From positions 108,438,001 to 108,502,000 of the forward strand of contig OX597816.1 in the NCBI GenBank assembly GCA_951406725.2: a stretch of 64,000 nucleotides of DNA, read 5' to 3'. The stretch comes from Octopus vulgaris. Lineage: Eukaryota. Position numbers and translations under genes: made by a program. Under the pieces are notes generated by a model. That model searched no databases. It was not told where the DNA came from and worked only from the letters and a program-made list of their open reading frames with translations. Below are positions 13,165 through 26,187 of the stretch, piece by piece. How positions within the stretch are numbered: the first letter of the stretch is position 1; each line of letters starts with the position of its first letter.

Positions 13165-13826
13165 TTTCAATTTTAGCACAGGGTCATCAATTCTGAGAGG
13201 GTGAGAAGTCGATTTCATCTACCACAGTGCCCAGCTGGTAATTATTTTATCGACCCTGAAAGGAGGAAAGGTGAAGTCGATTTCGATGATAATTGAACTC
13301 AATACGTAAGGAGCCGGATGAAATGTCGCTAAGTATCTTATCTGGTGCAGTATCAATTTCGTCAGCTTGCCGCCTTCATAATAATAATAATAATAGTTTC
13401 AATTTTTGGCTCAAGGCCAGCAATTCCGGGGAACGAATAAACCGATTACATTGACCCGAGTATTCGACTGATACTCATTTTATCGACCACAAGAGGGATA
13501 AAAGTCAAAGTCGACCACGGTGGAATTTGGACCCAGAACGTAAAGACGGACGAAATGCCACTAAGCATTTTTCCCGGCGTGTTAACGATTCTGCCAGCTC
13601 ACCACTTTAATAATAATAATTCTTTCTATTATAGGCACAATGCCTGAAATTTGATGGGAGGGGACTAGTTGATTACATCGACCCCAGTGTTTCATTGGTG
13701 CTTCATTTATCGACCCCGAAACGATGAAAGGGAAAGTCGACCTCAGCGGAATTTGACCTCAGAACGTAAGTAAAGACGGACGAAATATCGCCCGACGTGC
13801 TAACGACTCTGCCAACTTGCCACCTT
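13165..13826 (-). mobile_element. Three tandem SINE family B copies separated by (TAA)n
   Basis: Copies at ~13165-13377, ~13396-13608 and ~13621-13826, each with TTTATCGACC..GAAAG..AAAGTCGA..GCCAGCT-like blocks. Confidence 0.85.
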
Positions 13827-13899
13827 AATAATAATAATAAGAAGAAGAAGAAGAAGAAGAAGAAGAACAACAACAACAACAACAATGATGCTGATGATG

Positions 13900-13963
<64 letters not shown>

Positions 13964-13975
13964 TAACAATAATAA

Positions 13976-14420
13976 TACAAAACTGACAGCAGGTGGTATA
14001 AGCATGAATCAAGCAAAGTACAAGACAACAATCAGGCCGCAATCGTCTGGAATATACCGTTCAAACCGACAAAAAAAATAAAAGCAAATAACCCAGACAT
14101 AATAGTCAAGGATTGGGGAAAAACACCTGTTTACTGATAGACATTGCAGTCCATTTTGATCAAAATATTTTCAAAAAAGAAGTAGAGAAATTGTCGAAGT
14201 ACAAAGACCTCGAAATTGAAGTATTCAAAATGTGGGGCGTGAAGGTAAAAACAATACCGGTAAAAATTGGAGCATTGGGCATGATAAAAAATCACATGGC
14301 CTAAAATGTAGAAACCATACCTGGATCCTCAAAACTACACACTGTTCAGAAAATAGCTCTGCTAGGAACAGCTCATATCCTACGCAAGACACTATCAATC
14401 CAATAATACAACCTAAGCAA
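13976..14420 (+). mobile_element. R4/Dong-like RLE domain fragment following (TAA)n
   Basis: RWYKHE..IVWN..IKANNPDIIVKD..CLLIDIAV..EKLSKYKDLEIE..IPVKIGALGMIK..ALLGTAHILRKTL (PD-(D/E)xK nuclease). Confidence 0.88.
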
Positions 14421-14710
14421 AACAACCGATAAATAGAAGACTCACTTTATACAGCATTTACCCAGTGAAATAAACTTCCAGCAGTAAGCTAATAAATCAA
14501 AGCTTTAGACACTCAACACACAATACCAGCAGTAACACAACAAAAGACACCACCACACCCCAAGTAATAAAATATCTGACACAATATACTACCGCACACT
14601 CCCAATAGCAGAAAATAACACACAATGCTGCACACACCCCAGCAACATGGGGGCGCAGCAGATGATGCAGTAGAAATTTGCCTCAATCTACCAAATATTA
14701 AACAGTTATT

Positions 14711-14803
14711 GAAGAAGAAGAAGAAGAAGAAGAAGAAGAAGAAGAAGAAGAAGAAGAAGAAGAAGAAGAAGAAGAAGAAGAAGAAGAAGAAGAAGAAGAA
14801 GAA
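14711..14803. repeat. (GAA)n microsatellite
   Basis: Direct inspection. Confidence 0.95.
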
Positions 14804-14810
14804 AAAGAAT

Positions 14811-15324
14811 ATGCCCCGATGCAGTACCAGGCAGTGGCTCTCATGGCTTATCTGATTGGAAGTGTTATCGTGTACATATTTTGTTTTGGTTTAAAAGATG
14901 GATTACAACAAATATCCTGCTCAATATCACAGATTTGCTTGTCAGTTGTTTGACCTTAACTAGTTAAGTATGTCTCCTAGTGGCTGACGATTTGTGCATC
15001 TCACATCATGAGCAAGAGTAGTGAGGGAGCATCATAGCCGTGTGATTAGAGGAATTCTTTTGGATTTGAATAATCCACCTCTGGAAACATAGGTGTTTCT
15101 TAAAACAAATCTTATTCCGAGACCTTTTGAGTGGGAAAGGCTACTCGACCTGAAGAAAATTCTAACTGGGCTCCACCTGCAAGGTTATGCGCTGTTATCT
15201 TGATATGAGATCACCCTGTGTATGATGTACCCTTATCAAATGGGTAGTCATGATGAGTATATTGGGCTTCGTATATTTGTACGTATATTTGTCATTTTCA
15301 TGTCGTGCGCTGCTATCTCACTCA
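14811..15324 (+). repeat. Unclassified ~510 bp non-coding interspersed repeat ending in (TAA)n
   Basis: A second colinear copy lies at 53946-54434 (GGCTCTCATGGCTT...CGCTGCT.TCTCACTCA.TAAT). Confidence 0.8.
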
Positions 15325-15434
15325 ATAATGATAATAATAACAATTTCAAATTTTGGCACAATGCCATCAATTTCGGCGAAAGGGGTAAGTCGATTACATC
15401 AATCCCAGCTTGCTGAGTTAATAATAATAATACC

Positions 15435-16478
15435 CAAAAAGTGACACAGATAGACTATATGCACCAAGAAAAAGAGGAGGGAATAGGACTTATTGGATGC
15501 GAACACAGCATTAGAGCAAAAGAAAACAACATAGCATGGTATGCAAAAATATGCCACAGAACTGCTATTATTAGAAGTAAGAAGGTAAGCCTTGTGTAGG
15601 ATGGAATATTGCAAAGATAAAGAACTGTACAAGCAATTGACAACGAATGAAACTGAAAATAGATGGGTAAAGAAAAGAATGCATGAGCAATTTCATAGTG
15701 ATGTTAAAGATAAGACAGACAGAGAAAAAATATGGCTGTGGATGACTATAAGTAATTTAAAACCGGAAACGGATGCTCCAATCTGTGCTGCCCAAGAGCA
15801 AGCACTAAGAACAAACTATATAAAATACAGATTAGACAATACATCAGAAAGTGATAAGTGCAGAATGGCGAAACCGTATGGCATATTACCAGCCAATGTA
15901 TGCCACTAGGCCAGAGGGAATATAAGAGACGCCATGACAATATAGCAAGGCTTGCAAGAAGTATGGTCTTGACAGAGAAAAAAATTGGTACGACCACAAA
16001 CCCGAAGGCATCATCGAAAATGATAATGCAAAGATCCTGTGGGATTTTATGATTCAGTGCGACCGTGAAATAGAAAATAGGAAGCCAGACATAGTCTTAA
16101 TTGGGAAAGAAAGTAAACTATGCTGGATCATAGATATAGCATGCCCAGCTGACAACAAGGTATGCGATAAGGAAGAAAGAAAAGTTGATAGGTATGACAG
16201 ATTAGCTTAGGAGGTAAAGTAGTTGTGGTCGATGAAAAAGATTGTAGTGGTACCAATAATTGTCGGAGCCCTGGGAACAGTGAATAAAAATCTCGAGAAG
16301 TACGTGGAACAAATAGGGGCTACAATAAGGGTGGAACACTTGCAGAAAACTGCACTGCTTGGAACCGCTCGAATACTCCGGAAGGTGCTCGAAAGATAAG
16401 AGGTGTTACCTTAGTTCACTGGTAGTGAACAGCTGACACCGTAGTACATCTCCAGCGTTATAAGCTGTGCAAAAGCAA
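15435..16478 (+). mobile_element. R4/Dong-like LINE 3' portion (CCHC + RLE) in (TAA)n
   Basis: DRLYAPRKRGG.GL; ICAAQEQALRTNYIK..KCR..ETVWHITSQC..YKRRHDNIA; KILWDFMIQCD..RKPDIVLI..IIDIACP; IIVGALG..LLGTARILRKVL. TAA arrays on both sides. Confidence 0.92.
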
Positions 16479-16480
16479 TG

Positions 16481-16550
<70 letters not shown>

Positions 16551-16599
16551 GTCCTCTTAAATGCTTAGCATGACAGATTGTCGCAACGACTCCAAATAA

Positions 16600-17245
16600 A
16601 TCAGACTAGTGACTCTACTGTCAAAAATGAATGGTCTGATTAATCCTTCTGATGATAAACCATACCATATTGAATTATCGTGATGTTCGTCAGTAATATG
16701 CGGGTTCTCGGATTTCCAGTAGGTGTATCCTCATCTCTCATGCACCACTCGCAAAACTTTGGTCCAGGTCAGCTTCATTGACAGTATGCGCAATTCTTGG
16801 CATGTAACTTTTCCAATGACTGCGTTTCAAAATGCGATAGATGCTTGATTTTAGGATTCTTATGTTGCGACCCGTTTGCCGAAGAGATTTTTTTTTTTAA
16901 CTCGGGTAATACGTTTCTAATACTCTTTCTTATTAATGATACTAATCAATGTTTGCGGTTTTACGAAACGTGGATATTCTGAACAGTTCTATCTAATTCA
17001 AACTTATCTGTAATACGAGTGATGATAAGCCGCCTACATGGTTCGGTTCGAAACTCTCTCCTGATCAATAATTGCACTTTGAGTACGTTTTAAAACTTCC
17101 AGTAGTACTTTGGGATAAATTTCTTTTGTCCAATGCTTAGTTAGATTCCCTTCATTATTTCTAATGGGTTAAATCTTAAAGAGAATGAATATTGAGTCTA
17201 ATAATCAGCTATTAAAGCCTCAATGATATTTAGGGACACCCTATA
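16600..17245 (-). mobile_element. Degenerate Tc1/mariner-superfamily transposon
   Basis: Minus frame SIYRILKRSHWKSYMPRIAHTVNEADLDQ. The end TATAGGGTGTCCCTAAA resembles a TA+CAGGGTGTCC terminus. Confidence 0.5.
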
Positions 17246-17384
17246 TATAAACACACGCGCGCGCACACACACACGCACACATAAACATACACATATATAC
17301 ATGCATGCATGTATGTATGTATGTATGTATGTATGTATGTATGTATGTATGTATGTATGTATGCATGTATGTATGTACGCATGT

Positions 17385-18040
17385 ATAACCCCGAGGACAA
17401 AGAAATAAGAATCCACAGTATGGTAGAAGCCATAGTCACTCATAAAACAAAGGGATACTGGTGGAAAGTCCTAGTGAAAACCTGAATGAACTGTAAGTAC
17501 AACAGACCTGATATAATGATCTGGGATAGAGAAGAGAAACTGTGCACAGTTGTCGAAATTAGCTGCCCAGTGGATGTTAACATAAAGCTGAAGATCAGTG
17601 TAAAAGAGAATACCTACGCTGAACTATTGAGAAATCAGCAGTAACTCTATTTAGATTTCAATTTCAGGTTTGTACCTGTAACTATTGAGGCCCTGGAATA
17701 TGTAGCACACTGCCTAAATACTAATCTTGAAACATTAGGCTTCTCAAAACCAGAAAGGAGAAAGCTAATTCGAAGACTACAGATCCAATCTATCACTGAA
17801 ACTAAAAATCTGTAAAAATTTCCAGATGTTTATCATTTACGTATACATATGAGCATGTCTAGATATGCAACTATATGCATGAGAATACATACATAAAGCA
17901 AAACATACAAATCTACACACATACATACAAAATACACTGATGTTGATGTTGAAATCCTAATGAAGGAGCCTTGGATCTAGGTTAGAAACTGATTCTTTCT
18001 CTATTGGCAAGAAATCTTGAAATAAAACTGAATAATGACA
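17385..18040 (+). mobile_element. (CATA)n-associated R4-like RLE LINE 3' end
   Basis: YWW..CKYNRPDIMIWDREEKLCTVVEISCPVDVNI..KENTYAELLRN..LGFSKPERRKLIRRLQIQSI. The 3' end is AATAAAACTGAATAATGA-CATACAT. Confidence 0.88.
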
Positions 18041-19084
18041 TACATGTATGTATACACAGACAGATAGATAAAGATATGCATATATGCATACATATCTGTG
18101 TGAGTCACTCGAACTACTAGAAATAGATAAGGTGTAATTTGGAGAGGAGTTGGTTGTTATATCTAGGAAATTGACTAACCATATATAGGCTTTCCCGTCG
18201 ATAATAAGTATTATACACATATCGCTTCAATCAACCACTCCACTAATCTACCCTGACTGCACCCCCAAACATGCTGATTCTTGAAAATTTTGTGATAATA
18301 GAGAATCGAAATACTTTAGTCAATCTATGTAATATGTATAATTATATTTAATCTTATGTTTCGGGTTTTTTTCTCCATAACTAATTTCACTGCATTGGTT
18401 AATGTTATTTTTGGGGTATACTTAGAAAGGGAGTTCAGTGCAGATGGTCCTGATAGTTTTGGCGGCTTTACTCGCAATCTGACATCACTAGAGATGATTA
18501 TGCTATCGTTAACGCTGCGAGATTCCTAGATTAACAATCAACTTCAAATTTCTATACATGATTTGCTGTCTTTTTATATAGTTTTATTTCTATTGTTTTA
18601 ATTTTTCATCTGCCTTTCTTCATTATTATCATACTGATGATGATGATTGCTGCTTTACATAATTGTCGTATATTGCCTATCGTTATCTAAATGTTATTCC
18701 ATCTTTTAGTGTTATTCTATATTTTTGTTGCTTCTGTTGCTGTTATTACTGTAGCTATTATTCATACTTTGTTGTTCTTGTTACTATTGATGTTGTGAAG
18801 TTCATTGTTATTCCATGTAAAATTACAAGAATTATTACCAATTTAGCATTAAATTTTTTTTTCCTCTGTGGCAGCATTTGATATTTCTGTTCCTAATTTA
18901 ATCGATTTTTTTTCTAGCATTTGGTTTCTTGATGATCATTATAACTCGTATTGTACTTACAGAATCGATTCGGATTTCTGTTGATGAAATTTTGACGGTT
19001 TTGTTACTTCACTCGACTATTGAAATAGTATCCTTCTTTATTTTCGAAAGATTTATTGCTGCTGTTTTTTACTGGTAAATAGGG

Positions 19085-19340
19085 GATCGCAATCTTATTC
19101 AATGCATCTGTTTTGTTTTTGATTTTGTTTTTTTCCTCGAGTAACAAAATACAAATCTCGTTCTTTTCTCTCTCTCTTTCTTTTTTTTTTTTGTTTTTCG
19201 TTTGTAGGTTCTGTACCTACCGTTGCTATGGTTGTATCCATTTCAATTTTTCTAAGTATTGCCTTCGGAATCGGTATACCCCAGACAATTTCTTTCGCAA
19301 AATATATGTTCGGTTTTTGTCTGTTAATGTTGATTTAACA
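19085..19340 (-). pseudogene. Highly degenerate Penelope GIY-YIG remnant
   Basis: Minus-strand pieces RNCLGYTDSEGN..NGYNHS and ICILLLEEKNKIKNKTDALNK resemble the YIG..H and CxLCxxEK..LNK motifs. Confidence 0.4.
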
Positions 19341-19813
19341 TGAAAATTTGGTTGAGAAATTCTTTTCTCGATCATAAGTTTCAGACCTCAACCTGACTGC
19401 GCGACAGTATGCCTTGAGTCGACCGAAGCTTTAAAAGTGAATATAGGTTAACAGGACGTGAGTAGAAAGGCATGTACATCACACAATCTCATTCAGCTCC
19501 ATTATATGTTTTCAGAAATAGTATCTGTACAAAAGGTGTCATCGTTGTAAGAATTATACTTTTTCCATGACCAGGGAACGAAATAGAATATTATGTGAGT
19601 TGCATATCTGAAAAAGATTTATGGGGGTTGCAAATAAAAGTTTAAAGATCTCCGGTTGACACGAGAGAAGAAGTAAAAGTTCAGCTGACAACGCGAGTAT
19701 AATGGTATATAAAGCTTGCTAGCTTAGTCGAACTTAAACACCAACGTCAGACAATATATTGTCTGGCGAAGGATTTAAACCAGAAAAATGAACTTTCAAT
19801 AATATAACAATTT

Positions 19814-20036
19814 AAGGCAACGAGCTGGAAGAGCAGTTAGTACGCCGGGGAAAATGCATAGAGTCATTTAGTTCAGCTTTACATTCTAAATTAAAATTAC
19901 ACCTTTCATCCTTTCAGGGTTGATGAAATAGGTACCAGGTGAACCCTGATACCTATTTCATCAACCCTGTAATCAACTCTGTAATCGACTTTGTCTATCC
20001 CTTGAACTTGCTGACCTTGTACCAAAATTTGCAACT
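19814..20036 (+). mobile_element. SINE family B with an internal inverted duplication
   Basis: AAGGCAACGAGCTGG head and CCTTTCATCCTTTCAGGGTTGATGAAATAGGTACCAG body. Confidence 0.8.
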
Positions 20037-20273
20037 AATAATATAACAATTTAATGACCCGAATAGAAATGCTGGCCAAGACTAACTTTATTCAAATTTA
20101 GTTTATCAGGTGCTTGTACATACATTATGGTAAGTCAAAATCTGTGCAAGTGAGAATGCAAAAAGATTAGATGTCACTTTATTTATAAGAGGCAAGTGGA
20201 TATCCGGACGTAATGTAAAGAAATGAGAACCACTGCAGAGATATAGCTGTTAAAATGTGAAGAGTTCATTGCA

Positions 20274-20336
<63 letters not shown>

Positions 20337-20343
<7 letters not shown>

Positions 20344-20690
20344 TTAGCGAAGGCGGAGGTATTGTTTTCACTCGTGTTTGTTTGTTTGTTTGTCCGTGGA
20401 CAAGATATCTCAAGAACCGCTGGATGGATTCGGATAAAACTTTCAAGGATATTTTACCTCGTAACTGGCACGAACTGATTAGATTTTGGGATTGTTCCGA
20501 TACAGGACAAGGATTCTGGATTGTTTTTCCTGTTTCTTACTTAATTTTTGAGAGCGGTCGGGTTCATTTTTAGTATTCTCATTTGTGAGAGCAGTCGAGT
20601 TTATTTCAAATATTCTCATTTTAAAAATCATCTCTGGCTGATCGTTGAGAAGACGTCGGTGTTGTAGTCGAGTCATTTGATTTCCTATAG
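20337..20690 (+). mobile_element. Helentron/DINE-1-like non-autonomous element (5' part)
   Basis: TATTACCTT.GCGAAGGCGGAGGTATTGTTTTC, then (GTTT)n, then CAAGATATCTCAAGAACCGCTGGATGGATT. This is the usual layout of such elements. Confidence 0.55.
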
Positions 20691-20849
20691 TATTTGATGT
20701 GTGTTCGCTTCATGTGAGTCTTGTTGTTGTTTAAATTGTTGAAGGTCTACTGCACCTAATTGTTGTATTACTGAATTGTTAAATTTTTTGTTACCTGTGA
20801 ATTTTTATTTTCTTCCTCATCTATGGGTGAAGTTGTGAATAACAACTTT

Positions 20850-21287
20850 ATGGAAATTCAACCAGTTCCAGCAGGCAGTTACGCTGCAGTAACTGGGAAT
20901 AGTCTAACGGCAGATATCCTGCAAGTAAGAGAAATTCGACTGAACGACACAAATGTATAATGAATTGTTACGAATGGGGGTAGACAGTCTGAGGCTGACG
21001 CCGCCCAAGGAAATTATGGAAAAACAGAAAAAAGGACAATAATATACAGAACACTGTCTAATGCTACAAAAAGAGTTGAAATAGCTGCAGCAGAGGCAAT
21101 CGAAGAATGCTTGAAAGAAATCAAAAGCCTAACTATGTATTACACCAGAGGAAAGAAATATGACACAGTAGAAGTACGCTTCGCGAGTGAATAAGAAGTG
21201 ATAAAACACTCTACTGTGCCTTTGAGATCAACTGAGTGGGTACTGCTACCAACCTACTGTGGCAAACATGCGGCCAGGGTTAGGATT
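20850..21287 (+). pseudogene. Putative L1/Tx1-type ORF1 remnant
   Basis: One frame with a few stops: MEIQPVPAGSYAAVTG..RTIIYR..YDTVEVRFASE..VLLPTYCGKHAARVRI. The SYAAV start and RRM-like pattern suggest ORF1 (inference). Confidence 0.45.
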
Positions 21288-21719
21288 TTGCGTTCCCTGA
21301 GTGCTCTTGTTGTTGTTGTTGCTATTGTTATTATTATTATTATTGTTGTTGTTGTTGTTCTTCTTCTTCTTTGTCTTCTTTTTCTCCTTCTTCTCCTTCC
21401 TATCTGTCTGTCTGTGTCTCTCTGTCTTTCTCTATATATAATTATGAGTAATTTTAATACAATGAGATGTTATTCGCACAAAATATAAAAAAGGATTATA
21501 ATCTTACTTGCGTCTGGCCATAATATGAATTTCTGATAATTCGTTCGACGACAAAAAGAGTTCGGTCTACGTTAGTAAGTTGTCAGCACTAGCTCACTTT
21601 TAACTGCATTAAATAAGGTATTTATCTGGAACTGGGACCTTAGCGTCACGTGTCGGCGTCTCAAGCGGAGATCAGAGAAAAATAAGTTGACCAAAGTGCA
21701 GGGCAACCACGTGATTATC

Positions 21720-22011
21720 AAGATGAATGAACATCGGTTGCTACATATTTGTGACTTTTTTTTACATAAGGACTCACTATTAATCTAATCTGGTGTATAC
21801 AGAGACCCATCACTATTTTTTTCTCTGTGCATAAACGATTTATAAGTAAAAACATCACAGTGCCACAATATGTAGGGACCAATTTCGTTAGAAAGCTATC
21901 ATCTTCAAGAAAGTTCATGTAATCAACAAAACTAGAACAGAATAAGAATGAACGCTGCGCTAAAGATAAAAAGTTATTTATCGATAGCTCCTGACAGCGT
22001 TCAAAAAACAA
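21720..22011 (-). pseudogene. Possible hAT transposase remnant
   Basis: FFERCQELS..NFLEDDSFLTKL resembles the RFFELR..FLxDxxWLxKLAYL region of hAT transposases. Confidence 0.35.
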
Positions 22012-22104
22012 AATTCAGTAATTATTCAAAGATAGTAGAAAGAACGAACCACACACAAGGGAATCTTGTCATTATCATTTAAACTTTTAATATATCAGCA
22101 TTTC

Positions 22105-22268
22105 CCTCGTTTTTGCGTTCTGAATTCCAACTCCGCAGAGGTCTACTTTGCCTTTCATCCTTTCAGAGACGATAGGATAAGTACCAGTTCAGTACTGAGG
22201 TCGATGTAATCGACTTACTCCCCACCCACCCCGAAATTGTTGGCCCTGTGCCAAAATTTGAAGCCAAT
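22105..22268 (+). mobile_element. SINE family B, partial
   Basis: GAGGTCTACTTTGCCTTTCATCCTTTC..ATAAGTACCAG..GTGCCAAAATTTGAA. Confidence 0.8.
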
Positions 22269-23975
22269 ATATCAGAGACTACATTGTCCGATGTGTTCTT
22301 TTAAGGCGGGTGGTGAATGATGATTATAGAGTGTGATTTCGGATAGATTTAGTTGCTATTTCTAGCAGGTCGAGCGATGATGCTGAAATTAATTTACTGA
22401 ATCATAATTGTATGCGTATGTGTATGGTATGACGGTGTATGTGAAGTTGTGAGTGTAATAGTGTATGTGTAGTTAGTTGTATATATGTTGATGTATATCA
22501 ACTTTTCATATGAATAGTGTGTGTGTAGTTGCTTGTGAAGAAGTGTCTACGTAATACTAGTAGTGTATACGTAGATGTGTGACTAGTGGTGTAGTGATGC
22601 ATAAATAAGTGTGCATGATTGTGTACGTGTTGTGAAGTAGACATAGTTGTATATGCACCAGTGTGCATATATAGTGTGGCTGTGTAGTTGTGTGGGTAAT
22701 AGTAAATGCGTCACCACTCTCTATACTTATACAGCTGGCCGATAAAGATGGCCGCCGAGCACACCCAATGAATTCATTACTGTTTAAACCGAGTTGCTTA
22801 TTTAATCGAAGCTCTACCACCATCTTGGAAGGAAATTTAACTTAATTCGTTTTTTACCTCGAAGTGACAGAAATATTTAGTTTTCGCTCAAGACGACTGT
22901 TGAACCAGAGGTTCGCAGTCAGGATGTCGCTATTCTTGTGTTATTTTGGTCGAAATAGCAATAATGAAACTAGAATAAGGTACCGTCTCCCGCTTCTTCT
23001 CTCTCGTCGGTTATATTGGTATTCGATCTTTAAAGAGAATGCGTAAATGCAAATCTTTGCTAAAAGTTTTTCCATTTTTAGAACAACAAATCCCATAAAT
23101 TTTGAAAATAAATATAATTTCATATGCGTAAACACATATATTTGTTTCCGGCGTGAGTGAAATAATCACTTAGTTTCACTATAACTGAATAGCCTGCAAC
23201 ATACCTGAATCACCTGTAACAATTATTGTAATAGCTTTATAATGATTGCCATCTACGGAAAGGCTAATAAATCACAGAAAAATTTCCACTGCAAATTGAC
23301 ACGTATACTTAAATACACACACACGTGTATGTGTATATCTATATCTATATGTGTGTGTGAGAGAGAAGGGTGGGGAGAGAGAATGTGTGTGTGTGTGTGT
23401 TTTATCGGATGAATGTAAGTCCGTCCTTTAACTGGAATTATTTGCAAGGATTTCTAATGTCTTTGAATTTTCTTATATAAATTTGTATAGGTATGAAAGC
23501 TTCTATAGAAATAATCAGTATATGATTAAACTTAATTTAACAAATTCATACATATTTATATAATAGAGGAGATTAGATGTTAAAATGGATTATAGTTTTT
23601 ATTTTTGATGCTGCTATACAATTTGTTTCGTACAAGAAGTCTCAGATATTCATAAATAGAAAATCGCAATAGACGTATTTGTAGTCGTCAGTAGCTGATA
23701 TAAAATCTAAAAAAGACGTTTAAAGTACATAGATTTTCCGTTAGTTATCATTTTGAGATTAGTATATTCGTTCTTGCAATCATGTCTATTTGAATCAATA
23801 CTAAAAGAATATATATTAACTGGGTGCTAATATATATAGTATTAAAACCTGACACTCTCTCTATGAAATCCTGTATGTGACTCTATTTAAAATTGCTTAA
23901 ATTGATTTTATTACTGGTCAAGCTGTATTTGTATGTACGTTGAGAAATGTATGTATATTCATATATTCTTTTTTC

Positions 23976-24347
23976 ACTCTTTTACTTGTTTTAGTCAATT
24001 GACTGTGGCCATGCTGGAGCACCGCCTTTAGTCGAGCAAATCGACCCCAGGACTTATTCTTTGTAAGCCTAGTACTTATTCTATCGGTATCTTTTGCTGA
24101 ACCGCTAAGTTACGGGGACGTAAACACACCAGCATCGGTTGTCAAGCGATGTTGGGGGGACAAACACAGACACACAAACATATACATATATACGACGGGC
24201 TTCTTTCAGTTTCCGTCTACCAAATCCACTTTGGTCGGCCCGAGGCTATAGTAGAAGATACTTGCCCAAGGTGCCACGCAGTGGGACTGAACCCGGAACC
24301 ATGTGGTTCGTAAGCAACCTACTTACCACACAGCCACTCCTACGCCT
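23976..24347 (-). mobile_element. SINE family A, near full length
   Basis: Colinear with 3692-4082 and 54776-55208. Confidence 0.92.
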
Positions 24348-24940
24348 ATATATATATGTATTTTCAAATAAAATTTTAGTCTTTACTCAACCGCCATTTC
24401 TCCCTTTGATTTATAATATTTTTAGAAAAATTGGTGGTTAATAATAGTATTAAAGAATAATTTCTGGTTTATAAAATTTATAATTTAAGTATTCATTGTA
24501 AATAATAGGTCTAATATTCATAGACAAAAAGAAGTGTTATATGCGTAATTAATTATCTAGGTACATCATCTTGATATATTTTAAAGAAGATTTAGAAGTA
24601 AATACTATACGAGTAAGACTGTTTTTTAACAAGGGGGATTACTTACGTTATAAACAAATATAATCAGAAACAGAGCCATTTTGTATGTAAGAAAGTTTTA
24701 TTTTTTTAGTAGAGAAGGAAAAACGAACCAAAAAAGCGAGCTGGTGAGATTTGTAGTAATGTAGGGAAGACAATAATTAATATACTTGGATATTTTACGG
24801 ATATAATACAGGCGTACATAGATTTACATATACAAACGTATATAGACTAACAACACTGATATAGAAATATGTACATTAAAATTCTATTGTATATACATAC
24901 CAATACACAAATACTTATGCGCATACATACCCATGCAGGC

Positions 24941-25029
<89 letters not shown>

Positions 25030-25036
25030 TTTTCGA

Positions 25037-25119
25037 TCTAATTTGGATTCTTTGCCATCAAATTTGAATTTTTTGTTAATCAAATTTGAATTCTTTGCAA
25101 TCAAATTTGAATTTTTCAA
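25037..25119. repeat. ~21-bp tandem repeat x4 (TCAAATTTGAATTCTTTGCAA)
   Basis: Direct inspection. The unit contains the palindrome TCAAATTTGA. Confidence 0.85.
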
Positions 25120-25364
25120 TTGGTGCTCAAGTCTTGAAAGAAAAAAGAGAGTTAAAGTACATCAGCCGTAATAGAATACTTGTCTATCTTATCTAACTCG
25201 TCCAGTAGAGCTCACCAATTGATATCTAAAAAGTTCGATGGAATAACTCATGAACACTGCGATAGCTTCAACCAAAAGATGCTCCGTTACGTCGACCGGT
25301 CTGAACAAGGTGAGATAATAGAAAAAGAATCATTTGTTTATTATATACGTATATATATGTATAT

Positions 25365-25489
25365 ATCCACTCACAAGGCTTTGGTCGGCCCGTGGCTATA
25401 GTAGAAGACACTTGCCCAAGGTGCCACGCAGTGAGACTGAACCTGGAACCATGTGGTTGGTAAGCAAGCTACTTACCACAAAGCCACTC
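25365..25489 (-). mobile_element. SINE family A, 5' part
   Basis: Matches the family A head and CORE-like segment. Confidence 0.88.
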
Positions 25490-25509
25490 TGTATGTATGT
25501 ATGCATACT

Positions 25510-25541
<32 letters not shown>

Positions 25542-26187
25542 TGTATGTATGTATGCATGTATGTATGTATACATGTATGTATGTGTGGAGATATATATAT
25601 ATATACACACAAATATGAAATTTTGAAATTAAATCTTTTCCAACTTTCAACACCTCCACGACAATCGCAAAATCACAAGTACCTGTGAAAAGTCAACACT
25701 CACACCAACCAGTATGACTAATAAAATGATCATTGAATACATTTTTTCGACGGTTGCATAGAGATAATTCTGTCTCCAAATCTGGAAACAGAGTTTTAGA
25801 TTTAAAAATAAACTGTAAACTACTCCATCATGCTTCCCATCAGGCTAGAGCAGTAATCGACAACATGTCGCTCGCGGGACTTTCTGAATGATACGCCTAA
25901 CGAAAAATTGCCTTGCATATTTTAAGTTGTGCGGCCCGTCTGATGATGAGCCATGTCTCATGCGGCTCGCTTCTAGAAAAATTTTGTCCATGCCTGGGAT
26001 ACAGTAACTTGGATTGTCTCAACTCAGACTCATACAGCAGAAACCTCAATCATTGTTTTAGGGAATTTGAATGCAGTGGCACATGTTCACTAGTCAAGCC
26101 TCTAATGCTATATCTATCTGAGGCAACCAATTTGACAGATTGTGCTGTAGATGGAGATGTGTTTATCACAAAAATTCTGTTCATTCC

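Noticed and set aside
18100-18220. VNFLDIT as a Penelope RT motif
   Set aside because: No other RT motifs in frame. The DNA resembles the short repeat at ~22345 (GATTTAGTTGCTATTTCTAG).
22745-22770. YY1-like AAGATGGCCGCC plus CCAAT as a promoter
   Set aside because: Short motifs with no linked gene are insufficient support.
25925-25997. CTGATGA-TGAGCC..GGCTCG as a hammerhead
   Set aside because: GAAA is displaced by 6 nt and there is no stem I. The GCGGCCC..GCGGCTCGC..TTTGTCCATGCCTG pattern fits a hAT transposon end better.
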